From NCBI GenBank assembly GCA_016618085.1, contig JABLTG010000034.1:113034-133033 (forward strand): 20,000 nt of DNA, written 5' to 3'. The notes beneath the pieces are model-generated. The model searched no databases. It saw nothing but the letters and a program-made list of their open reading frames with translations, and was not told the DNA's origin. Origin of the DNA: Neovahlkampfia damariscottae (Eukaryota). Below are positions 19,901-20,000 of the stretch, piece by piece. Made by a program: the position numbers and the translations under genes. Numbering within the stretch: position 1 is the first letter of the stretch; each line of letters opens with the position of its first letter.

Positions 19901-20000
19901 TTTTGTATATTCATCAGAAATATATTTCTTGCTCCATTATAATCTCTTGGAAGAGAAAAATTACAATATTTACAATTGAAATAATCTTTTTTTCCAAGTT
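19796..20000 (-). mobile_element. Right end of a putative IS607-derived (Fanzor2) transposon
   Basis: The nuclease stop is followed immediately by GATAGCGG. The terminal GG matches the GG crossover dinucleotide known for IS607-family elements. The left end and any serine recombinase would lie outside the window. Confidence 0.45.
19804..20000 (-). CDS. tnpB: C-terminus of a TnpB-family / Fanzor (Fanzor2-like) RNA-guided nuclease; 5' part lies beyond the window
   Basis: The minus-strand frame from 19998 reads LGKKDYFNCKYCNFSLPRDYNGARNIFLMNIQNFIGNPKTASTAGDGPIPKETLINQNEQKSQF* (TAA at 19806-19804). F-x-C-x2-C-x5-RD-x-NGARNI is the zinc-ribbon second half plus RuvC-III motif of TnpB/Fanzor. The catalytic Asp codon is at 19944-19942. 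Confidence 0.85.
   Translation of the reverse strand, partial: LGKKDYFNCKYCNFSLPRDYNGARNIFLMNIQNFIGNPKTASTAGDGPIPKETLINQNEQKSQF

Noticed and set aside
1..20000. CRISPR array, tRNA, rRNA or spliceosomal snRNA
   Set aside because: No regularly spaced repeats, tRNA cloverleaf or recognisable rRNA/snRNA sequence seen by eye.

Overview
AT-rich, very gene-dense eukaryotic (protist-like) nuclear DNA read with the standard genetic code. I could reconstruct 12 host protein-coding genes by hand. Most are split by tiny GT-AG introns (27 inferred, 26-45 nt, often A-rich with no polypyrimidine tract), so the ORF track fragments them. The genes are: a triple-CCCH zinc-finger protein (partial), a ~1183-aa RGS-domain protein, a small C-terminal zinc-finger protein, a PQ-loop transporter, a DCN1-like neddylation factor, an SLC13/DASS TrkA-C transporter with a very large low-complexity insert, a VWA protein, an EF-hand protein, an intronless bacterial-like SAM methyltransferase, two hypothetical proteins, a Ras-like GTPase-BTB fusion and a long coiled-coil protein. 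Nearly every start codon has a CCAAT box close upstream. The standout signal is missing from the ORF track. At the right edge, on the minus strand (19804-20000), is the C-terminus of a TnpB/Fanzor-type RNA-guided nuclease (CxxC zinc finger + RDYNGARNI RuvC-III motif). Its last ~35 codons overlap a GC-richer, foldable segment (hairpin plus putative pseudoknot) ending in ...GATAGCGG, as expected for the omega-RNA scaffold and right end of an IS607-derived Fanzor2 element. All family assignments come from motif recognition, not database searches.
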